This document shows positions 52,521 to 64,000 of a DNA stretch of 64,000 nt, one piece after another. This DNA comes from Felis catus (Eukaryota), in NCBI RefSeq assembly GCF_018350175.1, contig NC_058368.1, forward strand, positions 221,094,001 through 221,158,000. Reading direction: 5' to 3'. The position numbers were made by a program, and so were the translations under genes. Positions within the stretch are counted from its first letter, which is position 1. Each line of letters starts with the position of its first letter. The notes under the pieces were generated by a model. It was not told the origin of the DNA, ran no database searches, and saw only the letters and a list, made by a program, of their open reading frames with translations.

Positions 52521-53648
52521 CTTTCTTTGACTCTGAAGACTTTAAATACATTACATATATCTTTTACAAAATGTTCTATTATTTCCAGCTCTTAAGAAAC
52601 AAATTTTCTATTTTATTGCTTCTGCTGATGTTCATTCATGTGTTTTCCTTTCTCTTATTATTTTTTCCCTACTATGGGAGTCTAATCCCTTAGATTGTGC
52701 AAGAATACCTTAAAGACATTTTTGTATTTGCTCAGCTGAAACTCTAATAGTTTCACCAGTGCTATAATATCTTGGGTTCAAGTCCCCACACCATACCTGT
52801 GTGTGAATCTGGATGTCTTATACCCACGAAGTCTATGCTTGCCATCTGCCTTCTTACTGGTGACCTCTTTTCTATGATCCTTGGTGAGCGGCTGATATTT
52901 GTACAGCTTCACAGAACTGATGTGCAGAAGTTTTTTTAAATTCCCATCCCATAGATGGGACAATCCTTTTTACATACCTCTTGCATTCAAGTATCTCATT
53001 CCTTGTTCCTTTAGTTCTTGTGGCTGAGGTCTGGATTCCCTTACCAATGCTGGGAATTTAAACCTCACTGAAGTCATTCATGCTTTTGTATGTTTCTGAT
53101 AATTTCCCAACTAATCAGCTCCCACTCCTCTTACTTTATTGCTAGTTCCTCTTATGTCAAGTTGCCTTAAAAATTGACTGGGCATAAGATATTTTGTACC
53201 AGTAATAATAATTTACAAACGCAATATGCAGTAGAATTCACAAAGCATTTCCTTTAAAATTTGTCTAAAGGTTTCCTTAATTATGAATTTTTTTCTAAAG
53301 ATGGTGTAGCCATAATTCTGAAACTTCAGTTCGATAGTTTTATTTCATGAAGAACAACATAATTGTAAGTTATCCATGGTCCTAGTCTATAAGGAAAAGA
53401 GGGAGATGATTATTTAAGTTACATAATTAAATAATATCTATTGCTCTAAGGAAGTTAAAATTATGCCTGTCCTATATCGTCTTAAGCAATATTTTAAAAT
53501 ATCCTTTCATTGTGTTTGATTATATTTCTAATGCTATCAGGGCTATACACACTGCCTCATGTGAAATAGACTCTTGAGAAAATTGTTTTATTCTAGTAAT
53601 TTGTTCTCCTCTATGGAAGGAGATAGGAAGCAAGTCTACAAGGTAGTC

Positions 53649-54622
53649 TATGGTGTGCTAAAAAAATAACCTCACAAAATATAGCTGTCTCCTAATTCAT
53701 GAAACCTATAAATTTTCTTTGTGGCAATAAAGGGTCTTTGTGGTTGTGATTAAGGTAAGGATATTGAGATGGGAGGGTTATGCTGGATTGTCTAGGTGGG
53801 CCCAAAATGCAATCACACACAGATTGTCCTAGACTACATCTCAGTGAACCCATTACAAGTTTAAAATACCACAAGTCAAAATTGCATTTAATACCCTTAG
53901 CCTACAGAACACCATATCTTGGCCTAACCTACCTTAAACATACTCAGAACACTTACATTAGTCTACAGTTGGGCAAAATCCTCTAAAGCCAAGCCTATTT
54001 TATAATAACGTTTAGAATATCTCATGTAACTTATTGAATACTGTACTGAAAGACAAAAACAGAACAGCTTTGTGGGTGCAGGATGACAACCAGGGTATCG
54101 CTTGTTTACCCCCACGGATGGCTGACTGGGGGCTGCACTGGCTGTTGTCGCCCAGCTTCATGGGACAGGATCCTAGGCATCTCACTCGTCAACAAAAGAT
54201 CAAAATTGCAGATTTCAAAATATGGTTTCCTCTGAATGTGTATCACTTTTGCACCATTATAGTGTAAAAAAAATCGTAAGTTGAACTATCATAAGTGAGA
54301 GACCGTCTATATACGATTATAAGCATAGGGAGCTTTGGCCCACGCTGAGGAGAAAGGGATGTGAAAGAGGAAGGAAACGTTTGAAGATGCCAGCCTTGAA
54401 GACTGGGATGATATGGCCACAGGCACAAGGCATGCTGACAATCACTAGACATTTGAAGAGACCAGGAATGGATTCTTCTCGAGATCCTCTGATGGAAGAG
54501 AGCCCTGCTTGCCCCTTGATTTCAGACTTCTGACCTCTAAAACTGTGACAGAATAAATTTCTGTTCCTTTAAGCTACTACATTTGTGGTCATTTATTGTC
54601 ACAGCCACAGGAAACTGATATA
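53649..54622 (+). mobile_element. MLT1C/D-type MaLR LTR interrupted by MER47
   Basis: gtgattaaggtaaggatattgagatggg...ggtgggccc; ccttgatttcagacttctg...aataaatttctgtt...ggaaactgatata. Confidence 0.85.
53820..54309 (+). mobile_element. MER47B/Tigger5b-type TcMar element
   Basis: cctaccttaaacatactcagaacacttacattagtctacagttgggcaaaatc and the end aatcgtaagttgaactatcataagtgagagaccgtct. Confidence 0.88.
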
Positions 54623-54661
54623 GATTTTGATATATTTTAGCCAACATTTCTAATAAAATTT

Positions 54662-54910
54662 ATTTTATTTATTTTATTTTTTAAGTTTATTTATTTTGAG
54701 AAACAGAGACAGGTTGGGGTTGGGGGGGTTGGGGAGAGACAGCCTGAGTGGAGGTAGTGCAGAGAGAGAGAAGGAGAGAGAGAATCCCAAGCAGGCTCTG
54801 CACTGTCAGCACACAGCCTGATGTCAGGCTCGAACCCATAACCATGAGATCATGACCTGAGCCAAAACTAAGAGTCAGATGCTTAACCAACTGAACCACC
54901 GAGGTGTCCC
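54662..54910 (-). mobile_element. Can-SINE
   Basis: TSD tctaataRaattt at 54649-54661 and 54911-54923. Confidence 0.95.
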
Positions 54911-55029
54911 TCTAATAGAATTTAAAGGTTTGGGATGGCTTAGAGTTTCTTTTGAATCTCTTTCTTACTTTAATACCAGAATATAAGTAATTGCTCAATG
55001 AATAGTTTTATGTGATATGTCAAAAGGTC

Positions 55030-55855
55030 ACAAAACCAAGTGCAAGGGCTCACAGGGGCCAAAGTTGGAACAATTTGAACAACAAAAGAAATGATGTAGT
55101 ATCGGATTATGACACAAAATGTGAAATAAACATCTATGAATTCATAATGAGGTACACAAATTACTGAACGAATTAATGAATGATTGAAGACACAAACAAG
55201 CACACAAACTGGGAGAAGAAAAACAAGTCTTTCTTGCAGAAGAATTCCAAATAAATCCTGCAAACATTTCACCGTCAAGGAGGTGGAAGATAATTCCCTT
55301 CCCCTGAGTGTGGACTGTGTTTGGTGACTTGCTTCCAAAGGCACAGTGTGGAACAGAATAGAAGTCAGGCTGGTTTCCTGCATCGTCAATAGGAAGTTAA
55401 GAGGATGACCCTGCCTGTATGATGTTCCCTTCAAAAACCAGTCTAGTGGGAAAATTAGACCATACATCCCACTTATCTAGTCATAAGAAACAAAATCAGG
55501 CAAATTCCAATTGAGAGACATTCTGCAGTGCCTCAGCATTACTCTTCAAAACTCTCAAGGTCATCAAAACCAAGGAAAATCTGAAAAACTGTCACCTCTC
55601 AGAGCAGGCTGGGGAGACATAAAGGCTAAATTCAAGGCGATATCTGGAACAGAAAGAGGACATTGGGATAAAAACTCATGAAATAAGAATAATATATCAA
55701 TATTGGTTCGTTTAAGCCCATATATCACAATGCATCAAAAGTTGTGACAGTTAAACCATTCTAATGTAAAATGCTAATGACAGAAGAAATTGGAGTTTAT
55801 AAGAACTCTGAAAAATCTTTGTAGCTTTTAAGTAAATGTGAAATATTCTAATATA
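55030..55855 (+). mobile_element. Old L1 (L1MC/MD-type) 3'UTR
   Basis: caattgagagacattctgca...tcaaggtcatcaaaaccaaggaaaatctgaaaaactgtcac. Confidence 0.75.
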
Positions 55856-55908
55856 TATTATATACATACATACATATATATATACATACATATATATATT
55901 TATATAAA

Positions 55909-56284
55909 TTTTTGCTTAGCATAATATCTCTAGAGGGTATTATCTAAGCCAAATAAGTCAGTCAGAGAAAGACATATCATATGATTTCACTAATATGTGG
56001 AATTTGAGAAACACAACAGATGAACACAGGGGAAGGGAAGGAAAAATGAGATAAAAACAGAGTTGGAGGCAAACCAAAAGAAACTCTTAAAGACAGAGAA
56101 CAAACTGAGGGCTGCTGGAGGGGAAGTAAGTAGGGGGATGGGTTAAATGGATGATGGGCATTAAGGAGGGCATGATTTGAGATGAGCACTGGGTGTCATA
56201 TGTAAGAGATGAATCACTGGGTTCTACTCCTGCAGCCAAGACTACACTGTACATTAACTAAATTGAATTTAAGTTAAAAAAAAA
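55909..56284 (+). mobile_element. Short carnivore L1 3' end with inverted 5' stub
   Basis: aaataagtcagtcagagaaagac...gagcactgggtgtcatatgtaagagatgaatcact...A-tail. Confidence 0.9.
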
Positions 56285-57955
56285 TAACATCATTGTGTAT
56301 GTTTGTTTTTCTAGCTCTGTTTGGCTCTTTTTGGGAATACAGTCCATTTGGAACTCAATAGCATGTTGGAGTTTTAAAGGATGCCAGCCTTTTCAATGGT
56401 AGGTGACATTTAACTATCATTAATGCCTATATTTTAATCTCTTAATAATTCAAAATTTTAATTCTTTTGAAAATTCTTTTTTTTTAAATATATGTTTTCT
56501 TACAAATCAAAATATTCAAATGTTTATGTACTTTTAGGCGGTTGACATAAAGATGACACAACCATGAAACTTAAGTACTAATCATTTCTTTTAGCATGAT
56601 ATCTATATGTTTGAGCATCTTCATCATATTTTTCTTGCACTGTTTTAATTTACATGCAGATTCGAGAAGACCTAGTGACTGTGTGCTTTCTTAAGAACAG
56701 AAATTGATTTTCTGCTTTTATATTTTCATGACACCTTGACTAGCCTCTCATAATTAGTGGATATTACTTTTGTTCAATTGGATAGGTCTCCTTTCAAAGG
56801 CAAACTTTAGATGAAGCTCTGACACCGGAAACAGGGACACAGTCTCAAATTTTCTTGTCTTTATTAATATTAATATGGCAGAGTGTAATTCAGTTGTTTC
56901 TTGGGCAGGTAGTGATAGGCTGCTTTTCCTTTGCTGATGGCAGGAATCTGAACTCTGAGATGTAGACACTTACAGTTAACCTTCTGGAGACAATAATTAA
57001 AGCACTGCCTTGACACTCTCTGCTCCGTAACCATTAGATCTATTCTTAGGCAGTATTCAAAACAAGCTTCAAGCTCTCAGGTCTCAATCAGTGATCAATT
57101 AAGATTAACTATTGATATAATAGCTCAGAAAGAAAAGGTTAAAGAGATAAGGCAAATGTAATTAAGCTAATGTGGCTTTCTGGATCTTGCTGTGATATTT
57201 ATTCAAACTCCCTCCGCATACTCAGTTAATAAATGAAAAAAAAATTACACGGTTTCTTTCTGTTTTTAACTTTTCCTTGAAGAGATATATTTATTCAAAA
57301 AATGTTACACTTTAATCTAGTTTTATAACATTGTCAGTTAATTTCAAGTATCAGATTTGAGTAAATTCTATACAAATTTTAGATAACATTTTTCAGGTTT
57401 AAAAGTTTGAAATTAAGCATTGGATATCTCAAATACTAATGCCTTTTGTCATCTGTTCTGTCTTTCAAGTTGTTTTCATCAATATTCAGAATTTCTATAT
57501 GTAAAAATCTCACTTTATCTTGTAAAATCTTCACATTTTTATAGGAAATTCAGATACTTTTAAAATTTCTGACCTCAAAATTTTGGAGTGGGGTTTCATT
57601 CCAGATCTTATATTGATAGGATAAAAGAGCTTCACGCTTCAGAATTAATTTTTTGTAACCAGCAACTTGTCCTTTCTGCAAAACCATGATTTTAGCAACT
57701 TAAATATTATCTATGCTACAAGTATGAGTAATCAAAAATTAATACCACACCGTACTAATTATTAATCTCTTTCTTTAAAGCTTAATGAAGCATTAAAATC
57801 ACCAAAGATCCAAATAAAAGGGGAGCACACTCTTCCCAAATATTCTTTGGTTCTCTCTGTGCTATAACCACAGTTAAAAGGAATATATAGGAAAATGATC
57901 ACCATTTTACATGAGAATAGTTTAAACATAGTAACATGAGAAAGGATAAATTGAA

Positions 57956-58158
57956 TTTTTTTTAACATTTATTTATTTCTGAGAGACCGAGCATGAGCAG
58001 GGGAGGGGTAGAGAGAGAGGGAGACACAGAATCTGAAGCAGGCTCCAGGCTCTGAGCTGTCAGCACAGAGCTGGATGTGGGGCTCAAACCCACAAACCGC
58101 GAGATCGTGACCTGAGCCCAAGTCAGATGCATAACCGACTGAGCCACCCAGGTGCCCC
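57956..58158 (-). mobile_element. Can-SINE
   Basis: Antisense SINE ending gagccacccaggtgcccc. Confidence 0.96.
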
Positions 58159-58749
58159 AAGAAATTTAAATACTTTAAGTTTAAAGTAATTAGGATGTTC
58201 ACTTGTTTTCAATGTGGAAAAAAATCAAATGAATGCAGAAGACATTTGTAGAGAATGGCTTGAAATTGCTTTCCTTTTAATGTAAGAGTTTTCATAAATT
58301 TCACACAAGAAAGTAGACCTGAAAGTAATCTCAGTGGAATGATTTAACAAACTAGAGAGTGATATCTAAGGACATTGAAGGCAATATGTTTCAAGCCAAA
58401 CAAACTTAGTACTAAAATATGTGTCTTTTATTAATTCAATATTGAATAGAGTAAGGCTCTGGGGCCTATTTAAAATCCTATGATCTCCTTTCTTAACTTC
58501 TTTTTTGACCAATCAAAAAAAGAACAGTCAATTTACTCTAAAATTTCACAAAATTTAGTGTTTGTCCTTATTTGTCACTTACATTCATGATTGCCTAACA
58601 AGTAATTAGATTAACTTATAAATCATCTGACAATGAAGACAATGAAAATATTCTTTTTTTTATGGTCAGACAGCAGTCTTTGATTATGTAGAGGATAGTT
58701 TTGTGTTGCATTATTTAAAATGCTGTGGTTTCAGAGAAGTTGGAATAGG

Positions 58750-59122
58750 ATTTCTTTTGTATGCTATGGTTGAAAGGGGATGGAAAATACAGAAATGATA
58801 CATTTGAACTGGACTTTAAAGATAAGTGTGTACAAATATGTAAAGAAAAGGCGATAGATGTATAACAGACATAAAGATATGTAACGTTTCATGCATGGTG
58901 AATCTTAAGCCATTTGGACAGTTAGGAAATGCAGTGAGCGTCAAATATGAGGTGAGTTGGCAGATAAATCTAGAAGAATAGGTCCAGATGATGAAGAAGC
59001 TTGAATGAAATTTCAGAACATATCTGGGCTGTGCAATTTATGTTTTATAAGATATGGAGCCATGTTTGTTTTTGCTATTTATTTTTGAATGTAGAGAAAT
59101 AATCTGATTAGCAGGGTATGCA

Positions 59123-59160
<38 letters not shown>

Positions 59161-59210
59161 CGTGTGTGTTTAAGGAAATAATTGCTGGAAATGTATTGGG
59201 GATTGGAGGA
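58750..59210 (-). mobile_element. L2 fragment
   Basis: acatttgaactggactttaaagat, ccagatgatgaagaagcttgaatg and atggagcca motifs. Confidence 0.6.
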
Positions 59211-59495
59211 ATATATGTATTATATATCTTTGGATATATCTTATATATCTTTCATCTTATTTGTGACCAGATCCTATAATTTCTTAGACAATTACTTGTA
59301 TGTAATCGGTATTCAAAAGGTATTTGTTTATTTACAGATATATTTAGTTTAGGGTTTTAACTAAATCAAATCTTTCAGGATTCCTTTAATACTTCATTTC
59401 ACGAGGTCAAGAATGCAAAGTGGGGTCCCCAAAGGAAAGTTTTGGAAATGAATACATAGGCTGACACAGAGGTAAACAGGTACAAGATCTATCTT

Positions 59496-59566
<71 letters not shown>

Positions 59567-59651
59567 AAAGGAAAGAAAAGAAAGAAAAGAAAGAAAAGAA
59601 AGAAAAGAAAGAAAAGAAAGAAAAGAAAGAAAAGAAAGAAGAGAAAAGAAA
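59496..59651. repeat. (GAAA)n(GAAAA)n microsatellite
   Basis: Direct reading. Confidence 0.98.
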
Positions 59652-62600
59652 GTCTTTAGGGCATTGGTATGAACATCAGGTCCTGACACTCAGGGAACAT
59701 TGCCTCTCAGCAGTGATGAGGTGAAAAGGAAAGTGATGGAAACACAGAGGCAGCAACAGATCTGCTCAGCGAGGAGTAGATTTGAGCATTTCTGGTTTTA
59801 GCCCTCACAACATCCTGCTGAGTTGACAGTAGGATTCAAAAAAAAATGAATTGCACAGCCATCTGTTTAAAAAAGAAATGTACTTTGTAAGGCATTACTA
59901 GAAATCATTTTGTAAATTTTGTTAGTGAGGTTTTCCCTGATGGGTTATTGTTTGCATTGCAATTAGCACATTTGGAAAAAAAAATGCTGGGCTATTTCTA
60001 ATTTGGGGTAACTGTCAAAGGCTAGTCATTTGAGACATGCCTATTAGGATTTCACAATGGACTTGTCATTGGGAATTATGAGTCATCATCTGCACAAAAT
60101 AGTAAGCAGAGGACAGAAAGGAAAATACAGAAGGAGATGACCATTTCTTCTTAGACTCTGCTAGACTTCTTATTCAGAAAAAAAGAATTGTTCCAATTAC
60201 TCATGATCTCTGCAAATTTCCAGGATTATTAAACCAGCTTTACTACAAGTGATAACAGTAGAAGAAAAACAAAATCCTAAAGAGGTACTTCAATCTTTCA
60301 CGAATTTTCCTTTATGTATTTTTTTTTATTTCTTTGTCAATATTTGGTTCAAAGAACCATAGGCCACAAGATACTCTTAAAATCTTGCACACTCAGAGAC
60401 TGAAAGGTCACTTTACATGTGTCTTTATTGCATGGCACACATCTTCAGTTAATTTTAAAGGTCACCTTCCTTCTGTGAACATAAAGATGGTGATCCTTAA
60501 AAAAAGAAGAAACATAAATAAAGGGAAGTTGTTTTTGTTTTTGTTTTTTTTCCCTTCCAACTTTAAAGTAATCCTGTTAGATGTCAGGCTGCTTTGATGT
60601 TATGTGATAGGTCATAATCCAGGTCGTTGTGCTATCATTCAGGTTAGCTTAACATTTCTTCAGGACTTAGGCAAGTACAACTGTATGCGGTCTTTGTTCT
60701 AATTTTAAAAAAAAGAAAAAATCCTGCAGGAGAGATGAAGAGAATGCTTGGTTATGGTCTATGGGACAACAATCCATAATTTACTTTGCAGATGTCTGTG
60801 TAATTTAAGCAGCAGGCAGAACAGCCACACAGTTGTAGCTGCTCTGGGGAAAGGATACCAAGAGGCTCATAAATCATGGTAAGGATTAAAAGCAATGAAC
60901 ATTCATCTCCTTAACCTCGTAAAGGCAATATTGGAAAGCCAAGGATTAGAACATACGGAGCATGGAATCTCTCTGTGCAGGGATAAAAGGTATCAGAGTT
61001 TTTAAGGCTTCTCTCATTTAGCATCGGCCTGCCATTTGCAAGTCAGCGGGACATGATTTTAAAGTTCATTTTAAAAAGTCCCCTTCCACCAAAATCCATC
61101 AAAATAAGGGATAAGATATATTTCCGGGGTATATGAAAAATGGAGTCAAATGACAGAAATACTCGCGATTTTCTTAGATTGAAACACGTTTCTTCTTGGC
61201 TAGTATGTGGAAGATAACCTTAAAATATCTAATCTGACAAGATGTTATTTAGCTGAACATTTTTAAATAGTGAAATGTCATGAGAAAATTCTGACTTCAC
61301 AATAGTCAAATGAAGGAGATACAGACAGCTGGGTGTCTCCTATAACATTTAGTAAACAAATGGCCTGTTACTAATTGTTTATATTTGAAAAATTATTCTA
61401 ATCAAAGGTCTTTGAATGCAAATGAGTAAATCGTACATAGTGACAGGTTTCATTTTTTGTTAAAGATAAGCACTTTAATCCGATCTTAAACCTTTTGAAA
61501 AATACCAAATTGTTAATATTTTCAGTATTGTTTTCAGTCAATTCATGATGCAGCTGACCTTGACAATTTTATTAAAAACACAAGGAAAGAGCAGAGAATA
61601 ACAAAATCACTTATTCAAGGATAATTATGAGCCTATTAAGGAGACACAAATAGATTCCAATTTCTGATTCCCTATCTTAATATCAGATATCCCTTGGCAA
61701 TGATTTTTTTAATGTAGCCAATACTTAATTATCTATTTCAGTTAAGGGGGGCTATATAGTGTGATTCATCCAGAGTGGCTGAAAGTTAAAAATATATATT
61801 TATATTTTGCATTGAAACTTATTTTGTGTTTATATTTGAATATGATTTAATTCAACATTTCAGAAAGTCTCAACTGCCCTTCTTTGAAAAAAACTAGAGT
61901 AACGTAGCAGATTTTTAAAATATCATTATAATTTGTATTGTACTTGATACTAAATATCATTTGATATCATGTTTTAATATTATTGCTACTTCTGCAATGA
62001 GTGTACCCTATTCTACACCCCATGCTTGGGACAAATAACCTTTCTTTCCACTCCACAGGGAGTACTATACTTCTCCAATTTAGTTCAAATATCTTTTTAG
62101 CAACCACTTTTCCTTCCTCCAGAATGGTGATTTCGTACCATATGCTTTGATACAAGCTTCTATAAAGATTTTTAAGGAACACAGATTTGTTTTATTGTGT
62201 ACCTTTGATTTAGTTGCTCCCTTAACTGTTCTGTAACAAGCCTGTGTTGCATAGTTCGTCAACAGTTCAAGAGAAGAATGGTACAGAACTTAGGCACTCG
62301 GCTACACTTCTTTGCCACATAAATTAAGGTTGATACTCAAATATATGGTGGATACTTACTGTATGTTGTTGGACTAAAAATAGACTATCACTTTTGACTT
62401 CATAATACTTCCTGCTATTTAATCACAAAATCGTGGGTGGTAGGATCTCCTGAAAAAACAATAGGCTACCAAAGAGCAAATATTTGCCCCTATGTCTACA
62501 TATCTGAATTGTTTTCTTAAAATAATAGATGAGAAAAATAATATTATATGTTAAATGGATTTCAGTATCTCAGTAGCATTTTAAAATGCTGTTTATTTTT

Positions 62601-62789
62601 CAAATGCTTCTGAAAAATGGGTATCATAAAAAAAAAACTAATTCACTTTTCCTCTTTATTTTTTCCCTAATAACTTTCTCCTTAGTTACCTAAAGCATCC
62701 AGTGATGGGGATGTGGGGGGGGGTATAGATTTTATAGACTCATGGATAATTTTACTGAAAAATAGTTTTGAAAATAGTCCAAATGTTAA

Positions 62790-63140
62790 TTTGTGTCACG
62801 AACTCTTCTGCAAGTAGTGGATAAACATAAGAAAAATACCATTAAAAACTAATAACCACTTTGGTGCTTTACATTCTAGTTAAGAGAAAAAAAACCAAGC
62901 AATTAAATTATATAAATATTAATTTATATTAAAAGGATTGATACATCTGATTATAAAAAATCATAAATGCTGTACAGAAAATAAGCCAGGAGGAGGGATA
63001 GAAAGTTTCTGTGCTGTGGAGGAAAGGAGAAATAGTATTTTGCCAGTTTTAAACACATATTTAGAGAAGGAAGTCCCAATAAAATAACATTTTGAAAGAA
63101 TTAAAGGAGACGTGGGAGCAAGTCATGAAGGGGCACATGC
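62790..63140 (-). mobile_element. L2 3' fragment
   Basis: gctttacattctagt...taaatgctgtacagaaaataagcca...taacattttga. Confidence 0.65.
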
Positions 63141-63489
63141 AGACTTATGTATGTACGTCAGAAATAGATGTTCATCTTCAGACAATTTACTGAATGATTG
63201 TTGAAGTAATTAGCAGAACAACACAAGAACTAAATTTGGAAATACAAGAGAAACAAAGTTTAGACAAACAGCCACTAAGAATATATTGGAAATTATGGAA
63301 AAGAAAAAAAAAAACACAAACACCGAGAATGAATCTTTTAAACCTTTTCAATGGAAAGTATCTGGCTTGAAATGGAAGGGGACCCATGGCTTTCTGGCAC
63401 CAAAGAAATATTGAAGGAGAGATTATTCCACAAAGAAAGACAGAATCTAATAGTTGTTTAATAAAAGCCACTTAAATTTATTACAGGTA

Positions 63490-63640
63490 TATTATTATTT
63501 ATTTTTTTTATTGGTTTATTACAGGCCAGACACTGTTCTAAGCATTTATAAATAGAATTTACAAATAGTAACTTGAATCCATGCTGGATTCAAATCTAGA
63601 CAATCCAACAAATGTCTATGCTTGTAACTTCTACAGTTTG
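63490..63640 (-). mobile_element. MIR fragment
   Basis: gccagacactgttctaagcattt and ggattcaaatctag motifs. Confidence 0.5.
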
Positions 63641-64000
63641 GTGCCACATTAAGACCTGTAACTCCAGGAACCCAAGCTATCAAGGCAACCCAGCAAGCCC
63701 ACTGGGGTAGACACTACTCTGGTAAATGTGTGGTAAATGATGCATTGCATTCTATTTTGATGATATAAAAATTTGTTGTTTTTTTTTTTTTTTTTGACTC
63801 TGAGTTTACATGTTCTTGGAAAAGTGATGAAACATAATGTTAAATTTATTTTGACCTGTGTGACTTTGTCATAATCTTTCCTTGGTAATTTAAAATGTGT
63901 ATGACAAAGTTTTTTTTATGACTTTTGAACCATGAACTACAAATATTTATTTACTTTAAAATAGCATAGAAATCCCAGATGATTTAGAAACTAGCTATTA

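Noticed and set aside
54711..54734. (TTGGGG)n telomere-like or G-quadruplex tract
   Set aside because: Short G-run variant within a SINE; not TTAGGG.
63573..63593. 9-bp hairpin ttgaatcca-tgc-tggattcaa
   Set aside because: Too short to distinguish from chance; lies in a MIR remnant.
1..64000. CRISPR array, operon or prokaryotic defence/retron system
   Set aside because: Mammalian sequence with no regular repeat-spacer array and no gene-dense region.

Overview
Repeat-rich, AT-rich mammalian genomic DNA, almost certainly felid (cat-type tRNA-derived Can-SINEs, carnivore L1s). I recognise no host protein-coding exon, RNA gene or CRISPR array. Most ORFs in the track are L1/ERVL fragments, antisense SINE/L1 readings or microsatellite artefacts. 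Main content: 18 Can-SINEs; a decayed ERVL (MLT2) provirus with both LTRs (15.4-20.1 kb); two full-length dead L1s head-to-tail with unrelated 5'UTRs (30.2-43.6 kb); a 5'-truncated L1 (46.7-49.8 kb); older L1M, L2, MIR, MaLR LTR, hAT and Tigger fossils; and many microsatellites. I found no evidence of a new biological system. The most notable observations are small mechanistic footprints: a perfect 38-bp inverted duplication inside an old LTR, a triplicated 16-bp target site, a poly(A)-only insertion, and a fold-back palindrome at an L1 5' junction. A few repeat-free stretches may be conserved regulatory DNA. Repeat family names come from recalled consensus sequences and need Dfam/RepeatMasker confirmation; boundaries of old elements are approximate.
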